A stretch of 64,000 bases of DNA from Kiritimatiellia bacterium (GCA_017450695.1 JAFSTA010000084.1:34474-98473); one strand, 5' to 3'; shown: positions 1-11,600, counted from the first letter of the stretch. The notes: generated by a model not told the origin, from the letters alone. A program made the numbers and translations.

Positions 1-48
1 AATCATCATTACGGGCGGATCTGTCCGCATGTCGTCGCGCTCGGAATC

Positions 49-3000
49 ATGATCATGCGGCGTCTGGCGGATCCGCTGCTGGAACAAAAATACCAAGAGG
101 AAAAGCGGCACTCCTGCCGGATTCAGAACATCGCGAATAGCGAGTATCTGCTGCGCAGTCCCCGCGGGACTCCCATGTTCATCTGCCTCTCCCTTTCCGA
201 AAACTGGCAATCGGAATTCTGGAAACAGAAAGAGATCAAGCTCGGCATTTACCTGATCGAAAAGAAAAATCCACCGGATGGGCAATCTCAATTATTTGCT
301 CCGCAAGCCATCCCCAAAGGCCGTCCGATCAAACTTAGCGACAACAACGAAAACCTTCTTTCGGTGATGGAGGATATTTGCGAAGGACCGGTCAAGGACA
401 GTATCAAGGTATCACAATCCGATTTCCTGAACATCTTGGAAAATGCATCAGGCGCGCGAATCGTATCCGGCAAACAAGCGCAATGGAAGATGGAAGCGGA
501 GGCCGTTCCCGTCGCGCTGATGGTCGATCTCGACCCTGAGACGGGAGAATTTCACATTTTCCCGCGCGCGGACTATCCCGGCTGGGAAGAGAACGATGTG
601 CAGAATTTTCTGGTTTCGGGGAATCGCGGGGTTGTCATCTCCCGTGGCCACATCTGGCGGATAAAAAACTTCCTGCCGCTTCCCTACCACTCCATTTACC
701 AGCGGGATGAAATCATACCGCGCGACCGCGTGGTCAACTTCTTAGACTGGGACTTGAAGGCCCTGCAACAAATCACTCCCGTTATCTTGAAAACCCCGCC
801 GGATCTCGTGGAGCGGATTCCGGGAAAGCCTACATTTACGTTGGAGCTCCACGGTTCACGTGCCTCCCTAAGAGCGGACCTGTACGCGACCTACGTGGAC
901 CACACCGTCACGGCTGGCGTAACGAGCGCGAAGGACGCTTTCGCCGTACCGGATCCGAGTGATATCCTGCGATACTATACCCGTAACCTTCAAGCGGAGA
1001 AGTCCGCCATCAGGCAACTTCTCAAAGCCGGATTTACGTTCCAGGAAGACGGGAAACTGGTCATCACCGAGTCAAGGGGCGTATTGAATTTTTTGGGAAG
1101 CGGGATGGCGCGGCTTCGTCGGATGGACTGGAAAACGAAGTTCTCCCCGAACCTGCAAGAGGTTGTGGATTCCCTGTCCGCGATCACGCCGGTTGTTGAA
1201 ATCCAGAAAGAGCGTCCCGGCTGGTTTGATGTGGGTTTCACCTTCGACCTGCCGAACGGAATGGGAAAAATTCCACCAGCCGAAATCCAATACGCGATCA
1301 ATCGGGGGGATGCGTTTCTGGAATACAACGGATCCACGATCCTGATCGACACCGATTCCATCGAGTCCATGCGTTCCGTTTTCAACGACAGCAACTGCCG
1401 CGAGAGTTCACGCCCCGGCCACTTCCGCATGAGCCAGGTGTACGCGCCGTTCATCCAGTCATCCCTCGAATCGATGGAGGGGATCGATGTCGATCAACCC
1501 GCGGACTGGCGCAAGAAGGCAAGCCTGTACAATCACGACAAGAACACGCGATTCTGTCCGATTCCGCTCGAACACGGTCTTGACCAGATTCTGCGACCCT
1601 ATCAGAAGCAGGGTGTTTACTGGATGCGCTTCCTGGAGGAATCGGGACTGAACGGTCTGCTCGCCGACGAGATGGGACTGGGAAAGACGCTCCAGACATT
1701 GACTTGGCTCAGCCTCAAGCGAATCGATAACGAGGCGAACGGGAAACCGGCGATTGTCATCTGCCCCACCAGCCTGGTCGGCAACTGGGCGCTGGAAGCA
1801 GAGAAATTCGTTCCTCATCTGAAACGGCTAGTCATCAACGGACCTGACCGAAACGCGCTTTTCGAGCAGATTCCACAGCACGACTTGGTCATCACATCCT
1901 ACGCGCTCATTCGCCGCGACATGGAGAACTACCTCCCCTATCAGTTTTCCGTTGCGGTTCTGGATGAAGCACAGCACATCAAGAACCGCACCACGCAAAA
2001 CGCGATCGCGGTCAAACAAATCAACGCCCGCAACAAGCTGGTCCTGACCGGCACGCCGATTGAAAACGGAGTTGCCGACATCTGGTCAATCATGGACTTC
2101 CTGATGCCCGACTATCTGGGTAACTACAATGCCTTCCATGTCAACTACGAACAACCGTTGATGGATAACCCGCAGGAGAACGTGGAGATTCAGGAGAAAC
2201 TGCGGAGAAAACTCCAACCGTTTATCCTGCGCCGCGTGAAGAAGGATGTCGCGAAAGATCTCCCGGACAAAATCGTCAAGGTCCAGTACTGCCAGATGAC
2301 GCAAGACCAGGAGCAACTGTACAACGAAGTGCTGGCGGAATACCGGCAGAAGATCAAGGATATGGTGCAACAGAAGGGATTCGAGAAATCGAAGTTTGAG
2401 ATTTTGGCAATGCTCATGAAACTGCGCCAGATCTGTTGTCACCTGTGGCTTCTCAAAGACCGTACGCGAAAACCAGGAGAGGAGCCATCCTCGAAAATGG
2501 ACTCTTTCTTGGAATTGATGGACGAGGCGATCGACGGAGGGCACCGGATTCTCGTATTCAGCCAGTTCGTCCAGATGCTGCAGCTGATCCGCGACGAACT
2601 GGAGAAGCGTCAGATTTCCTACTGTTACCTCGACGGATCGACAAACAACCGTTTGGAGCAATGCCAGCGTTTCAACCAAACGCCGTCGATTCCCGTCTTC
2701 CTGATCAGCCTCAAGGCGGGCGGAACGGGATTGAACCTGACCGGTGCGGACATGGTCGTACACTTCGATCCTTGGTGGAATCCCGCCGTGGAGGATCAGG
2801 CGACAGACCGTGCGCACCGCATCGGGCAGAAACGGACGGTGTACAGCGTGAAACTGATCACGCAGCACTCAGTCGAAGAACGCGTGTTAGCCATGCAACG
2901 GAAAAAGCAAGCGATTATCAACGCGACGATCGACACGTCGGATGCAGCTGTACTCTCCAAGCTAACCTTCGACGACCTCAAAGACTTGCTCGGACTGTGA
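49..3000 (+). CDS. SNF2/SWI2-family DEAD-like helicase with ~500 aa N-terminal extension of unknown function
   Basis: 983 aa ORF. Helicase motif I LADEMGLGKTLQTL, DEAQHIKN (DExH box), C-terminal helicase motifs LKAGGTGLNLTGAD and DPWWNPAVEDQATDRAHRIGQ typical of the SNF2 family. Confidence 0.85.
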   Translation: MIMRRLADPLLEQKYQEEKRHSCRIQNIANSEYLLRSPRGTPMFICLSLSENWQSEFWKQKEIKLGIYLIEKKNPPDGQSQLFAPQAIPKGRPIKLSDNNENLLSVMEDICEGPVKDSIKVSQSDFLNILENASGARIVSGKQAQWKMEAEAVPVALMVDLDPETGEFHIFPRADYPGWEENDVQNFLVSGNRGVVISRGHIWRIKNFLPLPYHSIYQRDEIIPRDRVVNFLDWDLKALQQITPVILKTPPDLVERIPGKPTFTLELHGSRASLRADLYATYVDHTVTAGVTSAKDAFAVPDPSDILRYYTRNLQAEKSAIRQLLKAGFTFQEDGKLVITESRGVLNFLGSGMARLRRMDWKTKFSPNLQEVVDSLSAITPVVEIQKERPGWFDVGFTFDLPNGMGKIPPAEIQYAINRGDAFLEYNGSTILIDTDSIESMRSVFNDSNCRESSRPGHFRMSQVYAPFIQSSLESMEGIDVDQPADWRKKASLYNHDKNTRFCPIPLEHGLDQILRPYQKQGVYWMRFLEESGLNGLLADEMGLGKTLQTLTWLSLKRIDNEANGKPAIVICPTSLVGNWALEAEKFVPHLKRLVINGPDRNALFEQIPQHDLVITSYALIRRDMENYLPYQFSVAVLDEAQHIKNRTTQNAIAVKQINARNKLVLTGTPIENGVADIWSIMDFLMPDYLGNYNAFHVNYEQPLMDNPQENVEIQEKLRRKLQPFILRRVKKDVAKDLPDKIVKVQYCQMTQDQEQLYNEVLAEYRQKIKDMVQQKGFEKSKFEILAMLMKLRQICCHLWLLKDRTRKPGEEPSSKMDSFLELMDEAIDGGHRILVFSQFVQMLQLIRDELEKRQISYCYLDGSTNNRLEQCQRFNQTPSIPVFLISLKAGGTGLNLTGADMVVHFDPWWNPAVEDQATDRAHRIGQKRTVYSVKLITQHSVEERVLAMQRKKQAIINATIDTSDAAVLSKLTFDDLKDLLGL

Positions 3001-3039
3001 AGTAAGAGTCCGAGTTCTTACCTATCAGGTCAATGTTAG

Positions 3040-3148
3040 CCCGTCGCCCGCACTTACGCGGGAATGTAAATGAAGGTAAGTTTGTCTCACGCAAGGACCC
3101 CAGAACGAAACAAGGCAACAATCGGGGAAGCGACACTCTTGTCGCTTC
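3040..3148 (+). repeat. Intergenic repeat family R2, copy a (gggaatgNaaatgaNggtaa...tttgtctcNcgcaa...caatcggggaagcgacactcttgtcgcttc, ends in 9-bp-stem hairpin)
   Basis: Near-identical ~100 bp segment recurs at 13785..13895. Contains the perfect hairpin GAAGCGACA-ctct-TGTCGCTTC and a cccgc..gcggg hairpin. Confidence 0.7.
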
Positions 3149-3540
3149 ATCCGGTTGGGTGGTTAGGTGTTGTGTCGTTCCCGCGCAAGCGCGGGCAGAG
3201 CGCATGCTTATGGGTTGGCGGGCAAGGAAATGCGGTCGCGAGGGAATGCGCCCCGATTCGGGCAACGAGGACGTTACCCCTCCCATTCGATGTGTACCCT
3301 GTGTTCTCCGCGCCCCTGCGTGAAACAAACTCGCCCGCATGTGCATTTCCATGCCGGTATGAGCGGATGGATGGACTTCGTTCTGTTTTCACGCCGAATG
3401 CAGTTTTGTCTTGCCCTACCCGTTTTTTTTCGCTATTGTCATCGCGTAAGATGTTTTGGGGGTGGATGCATTCGCCAGGGTCGGAGCAAGAGACAAGCTC
3501 CGGGCGGATCGTGTCGGAACCTCCTGATCGAGGAGTCAGA

Positions 3541-4989
3541 ATGCAACCTACAGTTTCTTTGGGAATGAATCGCCGGCAGTTTGTCGGCGCGATGTCGGCA
3601 ACGGCGGCTCTCGCCGGAATGCCCGGAATCCTCCGTGCGCAGGAAGCGCCGGCGGTTGATCCGAAAATCGTCGGAGCGAACAACCGTGTGCGTGTGGCGT
3701 GCGTCGGTTTCTCCGACCGCTTCCGCAGCTCGCTGCTCCCCTGCTTCCTCGGAAACGCCAAGGACCTTAACTTCGATCTCGTCGCCGTGGCGGACCTGTG
3801 GAAGAAGCGCCTGAATGAAGAAGCCATTCCGAAACTGAAGGAGAAGACAGGCCATGACATCGTCGGATACCGCAGTGATGTCGAGCTGTACGAAAAGGGC
3901 AAGGACATCGACGCCGTGATCATTTCAACGGCTGACTTCCAGCACGCGCAGCACGCCGCCCACGCGGTGAACGCGGGGAAAGACGCCTACTGCGAAAAAC
4001 CGCTCGCGGAAGACATGTACTCCGCGAATATGCTGAAGGACGCGGTGGATGCCAAGCGCAACGCGGGCTTCGCCCCCGGCGCCGTCCTCCAGATCGGCTC
4101 GCAACGCCGCAGCGGCAAATCCTATCAGGCTGCCAAGGAGTTTCTCAACTCCGGCGCGTTCGGCGACATCAGCTACGTTGACCTGCGCTGGAATGTCAAC
4201 CAGCCCGGCCGCTGGCGCCGTCCCGAGAAACTGATCCAGTCCCTCAAGAAGGAGGACATCGACTGGGATCTGTGGCTGCTCGACCGCGATCCGAAGACCT
4301 ACCCGTTCGATCCGCGCAAGTATCTGGAGTTCCGCCTCTTCTGGCCTTTCTCCTCCGGAACTCCCGGACAGTGGATGTGCCACCAGATCGACACCGTCGC
4401 CTGGTTCACCGGTTATGCCTACCCGACCAGCGCGGTCTCTTCCGGCGGTCTCTACCAGTGGGTCGATGGGCGTGTGAGCTACGACACCTTCACGACCGTC
4501 CTCGAATATGGTCAGAGCGGTGTCAAGGGGAAGGGCTTCCAATGCGTCTTCCAGAGCCACCAGCACAATTGCGGCGGCGGCTCGAACCCCAACCGTGAAT
4601 CGCCGATCGAGAAATACTTCGGCCCCAAAGGGTGCGTCGATATGGGACGCAAGATGGTCACGAACGAGGGCGTCGAAGGGAAGAAGTGGGAGGAGAAGCC
4701 GCTGCCTGCCCCGCAGGAAGCGGTCGTCACCAGCGCCAATACCGGCGCCGATAACCTGACCAACGCCCATATGCGTAACTGGATGGAGTGCGTCCGCGCC
4801 AGGAAGAACCCGAACGCCCCGATCGAGGCCGGGTACTCCCACGCGATCGCCCTCATCATGGCGAACGCTGCCGCCCGTACCGGATGCCGCGCGACTTTCG
4901 ATGAGTCGAAGCGCGAAGTAATCGCCGGCGGCAAGGTCTTCAAGGGGTACGAGTCCCGCAGCAAGGGCTGGTTCAGCTCCCTCTTCTAG
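3541..4989 (+). CDS. Gfo/Idh/MocA-family NAD(P)-dependent oxidoreductase, Tat-secreted
   Basis: Twin-arginine signal MNRRQFVGAMSATAALAGMPGILRAQEA. Rossmann N-terminus VRVACVGFS, Gfo/Idh/MocA-like core. GAGGAG RBS 8 nt upstream of the ATG at 3541. The 5' 470 nt of the listed ORF 3070.. is repeat sequence, not coding. Confidence 0.75.
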   Translation: MQPTVSLGMNRRQFVGAMSATAALAGMPGILRAQEAPAVDPKIVGANNRVRVACVGFSDRFRSSLLPCFLGNAKDLNFDLVAVADLWKKRLNEEAIPKLKEKTGHDIVGYRSDVELYEKGKDIDAVIISTADFQHAQHAAHAVNAGKDAYCEKPLAEDMYSANMLKDAVDAKRNAGFAPGAVLQIGSQRRSGKSYQAAKEFLNSGAFGDISYVDLRWNVNQPGRWRRPEKLIQSLKKEDIDWDLWLLDRDPKTYPFDPRKYLEFRLFWPFSSGTPGQWMCHQIDTVAWFTGYAYPTSAVSSGGLYQWVDGRVSYDTFTTVLEYGQSGVKGKGFQCVFQSHQHNCGGGSNPNRESPIEKYFGPKGCVDMGRKMVTNEGVEGKKWEEKPLPAPQEAVVTSANTGADNLTNAHMRNWMECVRARKNPNAPIEAGYSHAIALIMANAAARTGCRATFDESKREVIAGGKVFKGYESRSKGWFSSLF

Positions 4990-5018
4990 TCCAATTCCGA
5001 GACGTACGTCCCCTCCCT

Positions 5019-5048
5019 CCGGAAACGTCGGTGTTTCGACGTTTCCGG
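5019..5048 (+). terminator. Perfect 12-bp-stem hairpin (CCGGAAACGTCG-gtgttt-CGACGTTTCCGG) followed by a T-run; probable terminator of the oxidoreductase gene
   Basis: Inverted repeat read directly, 30 nt after the stop at 4989. cgtcgttttt follows downstream. Confidence 0.5.
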
Positions 5049-5094
5049 ATTTCCGCCGGGGCGTCGTTTTTCATTCACAAAACGGTTTCATACC

Positions 5095-5997
5095 ATGACG
5101 CGCAGAACATTTAAGACAACACTTGCCGCCGCCGGCATGACCGGCGCGATGCATCACACCCTCGCCGCCGAGGCGGCGAAACCGAAGTTCCTCTTCGGGG
5201 CTTGCCAGGGACTGGACAAGGCGGCGAGAATGAAGACCGCCGGGTTCGACTTCATCGAACTAGGCGTAGGCGGTACGCTCCGCCCCCGCGATTCGGACGA
5301 GGCCTTTAAGCCGCAGCTTGAGAAATTGCTGGCCAGTCCGCTGCCGATCCGTTCGTGCAACGGTTTCCTGCCCGGCGACCTCAAGCTGACCGGACCGAAT
5401 CCCCGTCAAGACGAGGCTCTCGCCTATGCGGAGAAGGCTTGCCGCCGCGCGGACCTGATCAACATGACCACGATCGTCTTTGGCAGCAGCGGCGCACGCA
5501 ACGCCCCCGAAGGTTTCGACATCGAAAAAGCGAAGGCGCAGTTCATCGACTTCTGCCGGAAGCTTGGCGACCGTATCGCGGATTGCAAGGTAACGGTGGT
5601 GCTGGAGCCGCTGAACAAGAAGGAGGCCAATTACCTCCGGACGGTTCTGGAGGGAGCGGAGATGGTAGATGTCATTAACAAACCCCGTATCCAGCTTCTC
5701 GGCGACTTCTACCACATGCGATGCGAGAAGGAGACCGCCGATTCATTCCGCAAGGCAGGCGCGAAGATTCGTCACTGCCATATCGCGGAGCTGAATGGTC
5801 GCGTCTGCCCCGGAACGCACGGCGAGGACTTCTCGGACTACTTCACCGCACTCCGTGAAATCGGCTATACCGGCGGCATCTCCTGCGAATGCGGGTGGCC
5901 ACAGAAGAAACAGAACGACGGGACAAAGACACCGCCCATTGAGGAGCTGTGGGCCAAAGCCCTCGAAACCATGCGGAAACAGGCGTTGGGCGCCTAA
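5095..5997 (+). CDS. Sugar phosphate isomerase/epimerase (xylose isomerase-like TIM barrel), probable Tat/Sec signal
   Basis: 300 aa. N-terminal MTRRTFKTTLAAAGMTGAMHHTLAAEAA. Composition and length fit the AP-endonuclease-2 / xylose-isomerase-like TIM barrel. Family assignment is from overall pattern, not strong motifs. Confidence 0.5.
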   Translation: MTRRTFKTTLAAAGMTGAMHHTLAAEAAKPKFLFGACQGLDKAARMKTAGFDFIELGVGGTLRPRDSDEAFKPQLEKLLASPLPIRSCNGFLPGDLKLTGPNPRQDEALAYAEKACRRADLINMTTIVFGSSGARNAPEGFDIEKAKAQFIDFCRKLGDRIADCKVTVVLEPLNKKEANYLRTVLEGAEMVDVINKPRIQLLGDFYHMRCEKETADSFRKAGAKIRHCHIAELNGRVCPGTHGEDFSDYFTALREIGYTGGISCECGWPQKKQNDGTKTPPIEELWAKALETMRKQALGA

Positions 5998-6004
5998 TGT
6001 AACC

Positions 6005-6032
6005 TGGTGGACGGGGCTTTCCCCGTCCACCA
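6005..6032 (+). terminator. Perfect hairpin TGGTGGACGGGG-cttt-CCCCGTCCACCA just after stop of 5095..5997
   Basis: 12-bp stem read directly. No strong T-tract, so it may be a stabiliser or a factor-dependent terminator. Confidence 0.4.
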
Positions 6033-6219
6033 AGGCACTACCCACTATCAGCCACCAGCTTGCCGATAAGTTCAAGGTTGGGTGGTTCGGTGGTTGGTTA
6101 GTTAGCTGGTACACTTGGAGGTGACAGTGTTCAGTTTGGACAACGAGTCTCGTTTTTCGGATCTGCTGCCCGCAGCAGATGCTTATGCGGCTCTGTTGCG
6201 GAATGATGTCACCTCTTCC

Positions 6220-7590
6220 TGCATGGAGCCGAATGCTCTGTTCCGTTCCGGTTTCGCCTGGACGGAACGGCACTTGCAGTGCCTCTGGTTCGACTCCCGC
6301 TACCGTCCTTCCTTCTTTCCCCAACCCGGCGGCGAAACCGTAGAAGTGCTGGATCCCGGGGAATGGAATCTGGAAGCGGGACCGGACTTCCTGGATGCCA
6401 CGCTACGAATCAATCCAGGCAATCGCCATCTTCGCGGAGACATTGAGGTACACGTGCGTCCTACGGACTGGGATTCGCATCGTCATGCGAACGATTCCCG
6501 GTACGAACGGGTCATCGCCCACGTCACCTGGTTTTCCGCCCCGCCGGCGCGCACCCTGCCGACACACGTTGTTCAGCTTCCACTGGCGGAACGGATGGCA
6601 TTCCGTCCGGATGTCTCACTAGACGACATCGACCTAAAGGCTTACCCGCATGCGATCCTGCCCGAAACGCCCCGTCCCTGCGAACCGCTTTTGCACGGAC
6701 GGATGGATGAGGCGGCTTACCTGCTCGCATCCGCCGGCCAGTATCGCCTTCGTACCAAAGCCGCGCGTATCGCGCACCGGCTACTCCAAATCGGCGACCG
6801 CGAGCAAGTCTTTTACGAAGAGGTCATGGCCGCGTTGGGATACAAGTACAACCAAGGCCCCTTCCGCGCCATCGCGAAACTCCTGCCGTTTTCGGAAATC
6901 CGTTCCCTCCCGAAGGAAACCCGGTACGCGCGTTTTTTGGGTTGCGGGAAATTGCTGCCGCAACCGGATATCTTGCCCGACGAAGAGGGCAAATCTTGGA
7001 TCCGTTCCCTCTGGGACCAATGGTTCCTAGAAAGTTGCGAAACGATTGCCGATGAAGTCCAGTGGCGCACCAGCAATCTCCGTCCGCAGAATACTCCCGT
7101 GCGGCGGCTCGCGGCAGGTGCCTGCCTTTTCACAGGAACCCCCACCCTGCTGGAGGCAATCGATTTCTTCCGGGACGAACAGGGGGAACGGTGGCAGTCG
7201 CTTGCGCTGGACACGATTGTCGAGCGGTGCGACTGGGAGTTCTTCCGTCACCGACTCGCCTTCTCTTCCCTGCCGAACAACGAACAAAATCACGCCCTGA
7301 TGGGCGCGGCACGGGCTGCCGCCATCGTCACCAATATCGTATTGCCACTCTCCGTGGCGGAAGGTTGGCTTCCGCCCCATGCGATCGATCACATTCCACC
7401 GGAAGACATCTCCGCCCCGATGAGACGTGTCGCCCTGTACCTGTTCGGACGCGACCACAACCCTGCGCTCTACGCCACGAACGGACTCTACCAGCAAGGT
7501 CTCCTCCAAATCTATCTGGACTTCTGCCTCACGGCAAAACCCGATTGTGACGGATGCCCCCTCGTCCAAGCCTTGTTCGACCGAATGTAG
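6220..7590 (+). CDS. DUF2851-like hypothetical protein (C-terminal CDGCP motif)
   Basis: The pattern GETVEVLDPGEWNLEAGPDFLDATLRI...GDIEVHVRPTDWDSHRHANDSRYERVIAHVTWF matches my recollection of the DUF2851 conserved core. ATG at 6220 puts the LQCLWF motif near the N-terminus. An upstream TTG at 6115 is an alternative start. Confidence 0.45.
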   Translation, partial: CMEPNALFRSGFAWTERHLQCLWFDSRYRPSFFPQPGGETVEVLDPGEWNLEAGPDFLDATLRINPGNRHLRGDIEVHVRPTDWDSHRHANDSRYERVIAHVTWFSAPPARTLPTHVVQLPLAERMAFRPDVSLDDIDLKAYPHAILPETPRPCEPLLHGRMDEAAYLLASAGQYRLRTKAARIAHRLLQIGDREQVFYEEVMAALGYKYNQGPFRAIAKLLPFSEIRSLPKETRYARFLGCGKLLPQPDILPDEEGKSWIRSLWDQWFLESCETIADEVQWRTSNLRPQNTPVRRLAAGACLFTGTPTLLEAIDFFRDEQGERWQSLALDTIVERCDWEFFRHRLAFSSLPNNEQNHALMGAARAAAIVTNIVLPLSVAEGWLPPHAIDHIPPEDISAPMRRVALYLFGRDHNPALYATNGLYQQGLLQIYLDFCLTAKPDCDGCPLVQALFDRM

Positions 7591-8182
7591 GTGGACAACC
7601 GGTAGATAGCTGACAGCCTTGAGCTTCTCGCTGTCACCGACAGCATGCCATACGGGAATGTTCAGGAAGGCAAGTTTTGTTTTGTCGCACGCGAAACCGC
7701 CGAGACGAAAAGAAAAAAGTGGCGGGTACTCCGTCGCGACCGCAATGCCTAACACGCTTGACCGACTGAACACGCCTTGCCAACTTATAAACGAGACCGT
7801 GTAAGCGGTTGGGAGTTCGAGGAAATGCCCCGTCCGCTTGCCAAGCAAGCAACTACGCAAAAAAACGGCGATTAAAGGGGGAAACCTTCAATCGCCGCCA
7901 GGGAGGACATATATTATTCAACAGCTATGCTTTTCGCATGAGCAGTCATTGGGGGAATGCTGCTCCAAGCTGCCGGTCCCGCAACCTTTCGGTTGCAAAA
8001 GACGGTGACATTTTAATCTTTCACGAGTTGTTTGTCAAGAGAGAAAAATTAAATTTTTGTAAGAAATCGATAGCAGGTGGAGGGATGGGACAGGAAACGC
8101 ATAAAGGATAAGTTATGTTTTGCCTCACAGGGTGGGACGCACCTGTCGCGTCCGCACTGCTTCACACGCGCAACCGGCCAAC

Positions 8183-8340
8183 TGATAGGCAAGGCAATCT
8201 TAGCAAAAGGACAACAACTTCAACAATGGAGAGACAACATACTTGTGGTCGTCGCGCAACCGTGCGACGTTTCTCATCCGGCTCGCGGTTGCCAGCCGTC
8301 CATTTTGAAGTTGTTCCGAAGTTGTCTGTGTTGTTTTCCA
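8183..8340 (+). repeat. Intergenic repeat family R1, copy a (~150 bp: ctgataggc...aacaac..tggtcgtcgcgcaaccgYgcgac...tcatYcggctcRcggttgcNagccgtcc...ttgttc)
   Basis: Direct repeat of 13578..13760. The two copies flank the CotH giant gene. Reverse-orientation copy at 56748..56845 and partial copies at 57075..57125 and 57405..57462. Confidence 0.75.
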
Positions 8341-8603
8341 ATTCCTTCCATGAATGGTTGGGCGGCCAGGTGGTTGGGGTAAATGGTTAATGGTTAAATA
8401 ATCAAATCGTCGTTGACGCGACTTGAAATCGGCACACCGGATGAACAAAGGTGGACACTGGCGTAAAAGCTACAAGCTGACACCTATAAGCTCCAGGTTG
8501 GGTGGTTAGCCCCAAGCCACACGCAGGTGAATACGGGCGGAGCATTTCCCCTTGCAAGATGTCTCACGAACCGCTATACTTTTTCGTGTTGGGAGTTGTG
8601 GAT

Positions 8604-11600
8604 ATGAAAACACATTCTTCTTTTTTGCCTTTTTTCGTTTGGTCTGTCGTGGTATTTCCGTTTCTCGCATCCGCGACAATCGTCATCAATGAGGTACAGT
8701 CGTCGAACGACTCAACCTGCCGCGATGAATACGGCATGTCTTCGGATTGGGTCGAACTGTACAATACCGGCACTACGAACGTGGATTTGAGCGGATGGGG
8801 TGTAAGCGACAAGACCTCCAAGCCATTCAAATGGATCTTCCCGTCCGGCGCGACAATCGCGGCGCAAAGCCATCTGCGACTCTTCGCATCGGGCAGGGAT
8901 GTCGTGGAGTCGCAGGAGGTGGAGGGAATCGATCCTTCGACCTTTTCGTCCAACCTTGTCCTGTGGCTGAGCGCGGACGACTTCTCGTCCACTGCGAACG
9001 GTACCAGCGTGACAAACTGGTATGACCGGAGCGGCTACGGGAACCACGCCACCCAATGTCTCGCTCGTGCGCCGTCCGTTCAGCTGCAGGCGGTGAACGG
9101 TCATGCCGCGCTCTCCTTCAAGCGTTCTTCCAAGCAGCACTTTTTGTTGCCGAAGGCTTTTCATGGTCTCTCTTCCCTCTCGAACAGCACGATCATGGTG
9201 GCATGCAAGTGGAACGGGGCTGTGACTTCTGGCATTTTCGGTCAGTGGACTTCGGGCACCTCGACGCAGAATGCCCATTTCGAAATCCAATCCGGCGGCA
9301 CCTTGCGGTGGCGGGTTGCGAACAGCGACCTGAAGGTCAACGCAGCCGTCACCTCCGGCACGTGGATGAACCTGGCCGCGATCACCGACTGCGATCGCGA
9401 GACTCCGATGCTCTCGCTCGTAAAGGATGGGCAGCTGTTGCAGAGTCTCGAAAAGTCGATTGGCCAGCAGAACTTTTCGATTGCCGACCTGATTTACCTG
9501 GGTGACTCTTGCGAGGCGTCGGATTCCTCGTCCGGACGGTATTTTGACGGTTCGATCGCGGAGGTCGTCATTCTTAACCGCGCGTTGACCGCAACTGAGT
9601 GGGAACGGCTCTCGCAATACTTCATCGACAAGTACGGCGCGGATATCCGCACGAACTACCATCTCAGTTTCAAGCTGGGGGCGGAAGGCGAGACATTGAC
9701 CGTCACACAACCGGACGGCACGCTCTCCGACCAGGTGACATTCGGGGCGATTCCCTGCGACGCCTCCTACGGGCGTTCCCCCAGCGGCGGCGAGGATTTC
9801 GCTTGGTTCGCCGAACCAACTCCGGGGGCCGCCAATTCGGAAACCGCCTACGACGCGCCGCTGGCCCCCGTCCAGTTCTCCGTCGAGCGCGGATTGTACG
9901 AGGAACCGATTTCGCTGACGCTTTCCCATCCCGATCCAGAAGCCGCAATCTTCTATACCCTGGACTACTCCGAGCCGTCCGTCTCAAACGGAACCCGATA
10001 CGCGGGCGAGACGATCGCCATCAGCCACACAACTGTCGTGAGAGCGTATGCAGACAAGCCCGGCACCCTGCCGTATCGCTCCATCCAGACGCATTCGTAC
10101 ATTTTCCTCTCGGATGTTCCTCAGCAGACAGACATACCGGCGGGATGTCCGTCGGTCTGGACATCAGGCGGCAGCACACCCGCTTCTTACGGAATCAGCA
10201 CACAGGTTGTCGCAACCGCCGAGGACGTGATCAATCTGACGAACGCCTTGCGGCAGCTCCCGATTCTCTCGCTCTCCCTCGCGGCGGAGAAAGTGTTCGG
10301 TTCTTCCGCAGGTGTCTATTCTCACGCGGCGGACAGTTCGCTGGAAGAGGCCGTTTCCGCCGAATGGCTCACCAACGGTGTCGGGTTCGTACAGACAGAC
10401 GCCGGACTGAAGGCGCAAGGCGCCGCCAGCCGGAATTTTTCCAGTACGCCGAAAAAACCGTTGCGCCTCTGCTTCCGGGGACGTTACGGAGCGGGAAAAC
10501 TCAAGACGCCCGTTCTCCAGGATATCGGGTATTCCTGCGACGAGTTCAACACGCTGGTCCTTCGTGCCGAGTACAACAACTCGTGGGTCCACCGCGAAGC
10601 CCCGCAACGCCTCCGAGGTTCGAACGTCCGCGACCAGTGGATGCGGGACACACAAGGCAAGATGAGCGGATACCAGTCCCACGGCAATCACGTCCACCTG
10701 TTCATCAACGGTCGTTACTGGGGAATTTACAATGTCGCCGAACGAATCGACGCCTCTCTTGCAGCCACCCTTTTCGGAGGGGATAAAGAAGAGTATGACG
10801 GCCTTGCCTATGACGGCGACACAGGCTCGATTAAAGCGCGCGATGGCGATACCACATCGTGGAACGCCCTGATGACGCTTCTGTCTGCCGACTTGACACT
10901 GCGCGAGAACTATCAGGCTGTCGCGCAGCGGGTTGACCTACCCGCATTCGCCGACTACATGCTGCTGAACTTCTTTGGTGGCAACCAAGACTGGCCGCAC
11001 AACAACTTCGCGATGGTCTGTTCCCGTTTGGAGGGGGGCAAGTTCTACTTCTGCTGTTGGGATGTCGAACGGACGCTGGAGGGTGTTTCCGACAACCGCC
11101 TCTCCGCCTCCTTCAGTATCGGCCCGAAAAAGTTGCATGACCGTTTGCTGACCTCTCCCGAATACAAGATGCTTTTTGCGGACCGCGCACACAAGCACCT
11201 GTTCAATGGCGGCGCCCTTACCGTCGAATCCATGATTCCCCGATACCGTGCGCTTGCGGACAAGTTGGAACCGGCTATATTCGCCGAAGCCGCCCGCTGG
11301 GGAAGCTATCGGCTTGAAAACGGATCCGCCTCGCAGGGGTATGGCCTGGAGGAATGGATCGCCGAACGTGACCGTGTCCTCAACACATACCTGCCGCAGC
11401 GTCCCGCCCAATTCATCACGCAACTCCAAACCGCCGGGCTTTATCCCACAGTCGAAGCGCCGGAGATTTCGGAAAGCGCGAACGGTTTCCAGAAACAGGT
11501 CACCATTTCAATTCCCGCCGGAACGCAAGTCTATTACACACTGGACGGAACCGATCCCCGCGTGGCTTTCTCCGGCGGCACCTCCGCAACCGCCTTGGCT

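Noticed and set aside
3070-3540. N-terminal 157 aa of the listed 639 aa ORF as part of the oxidoreductase
   Set aside because: This stretch translates repeat family R2 and hairpins (Arg/Cys-rich nonsense). The twin-arginine signal peptide and a GAGGAG RBS place the true start at 3541.
8712-9929. 405 aa minus-strand ORF inside the CotH gene
   Set aside because: Antisense to a region with clear LTD/LamG coding signal on the plus strand. Arg/Gly-rich with no motifs.
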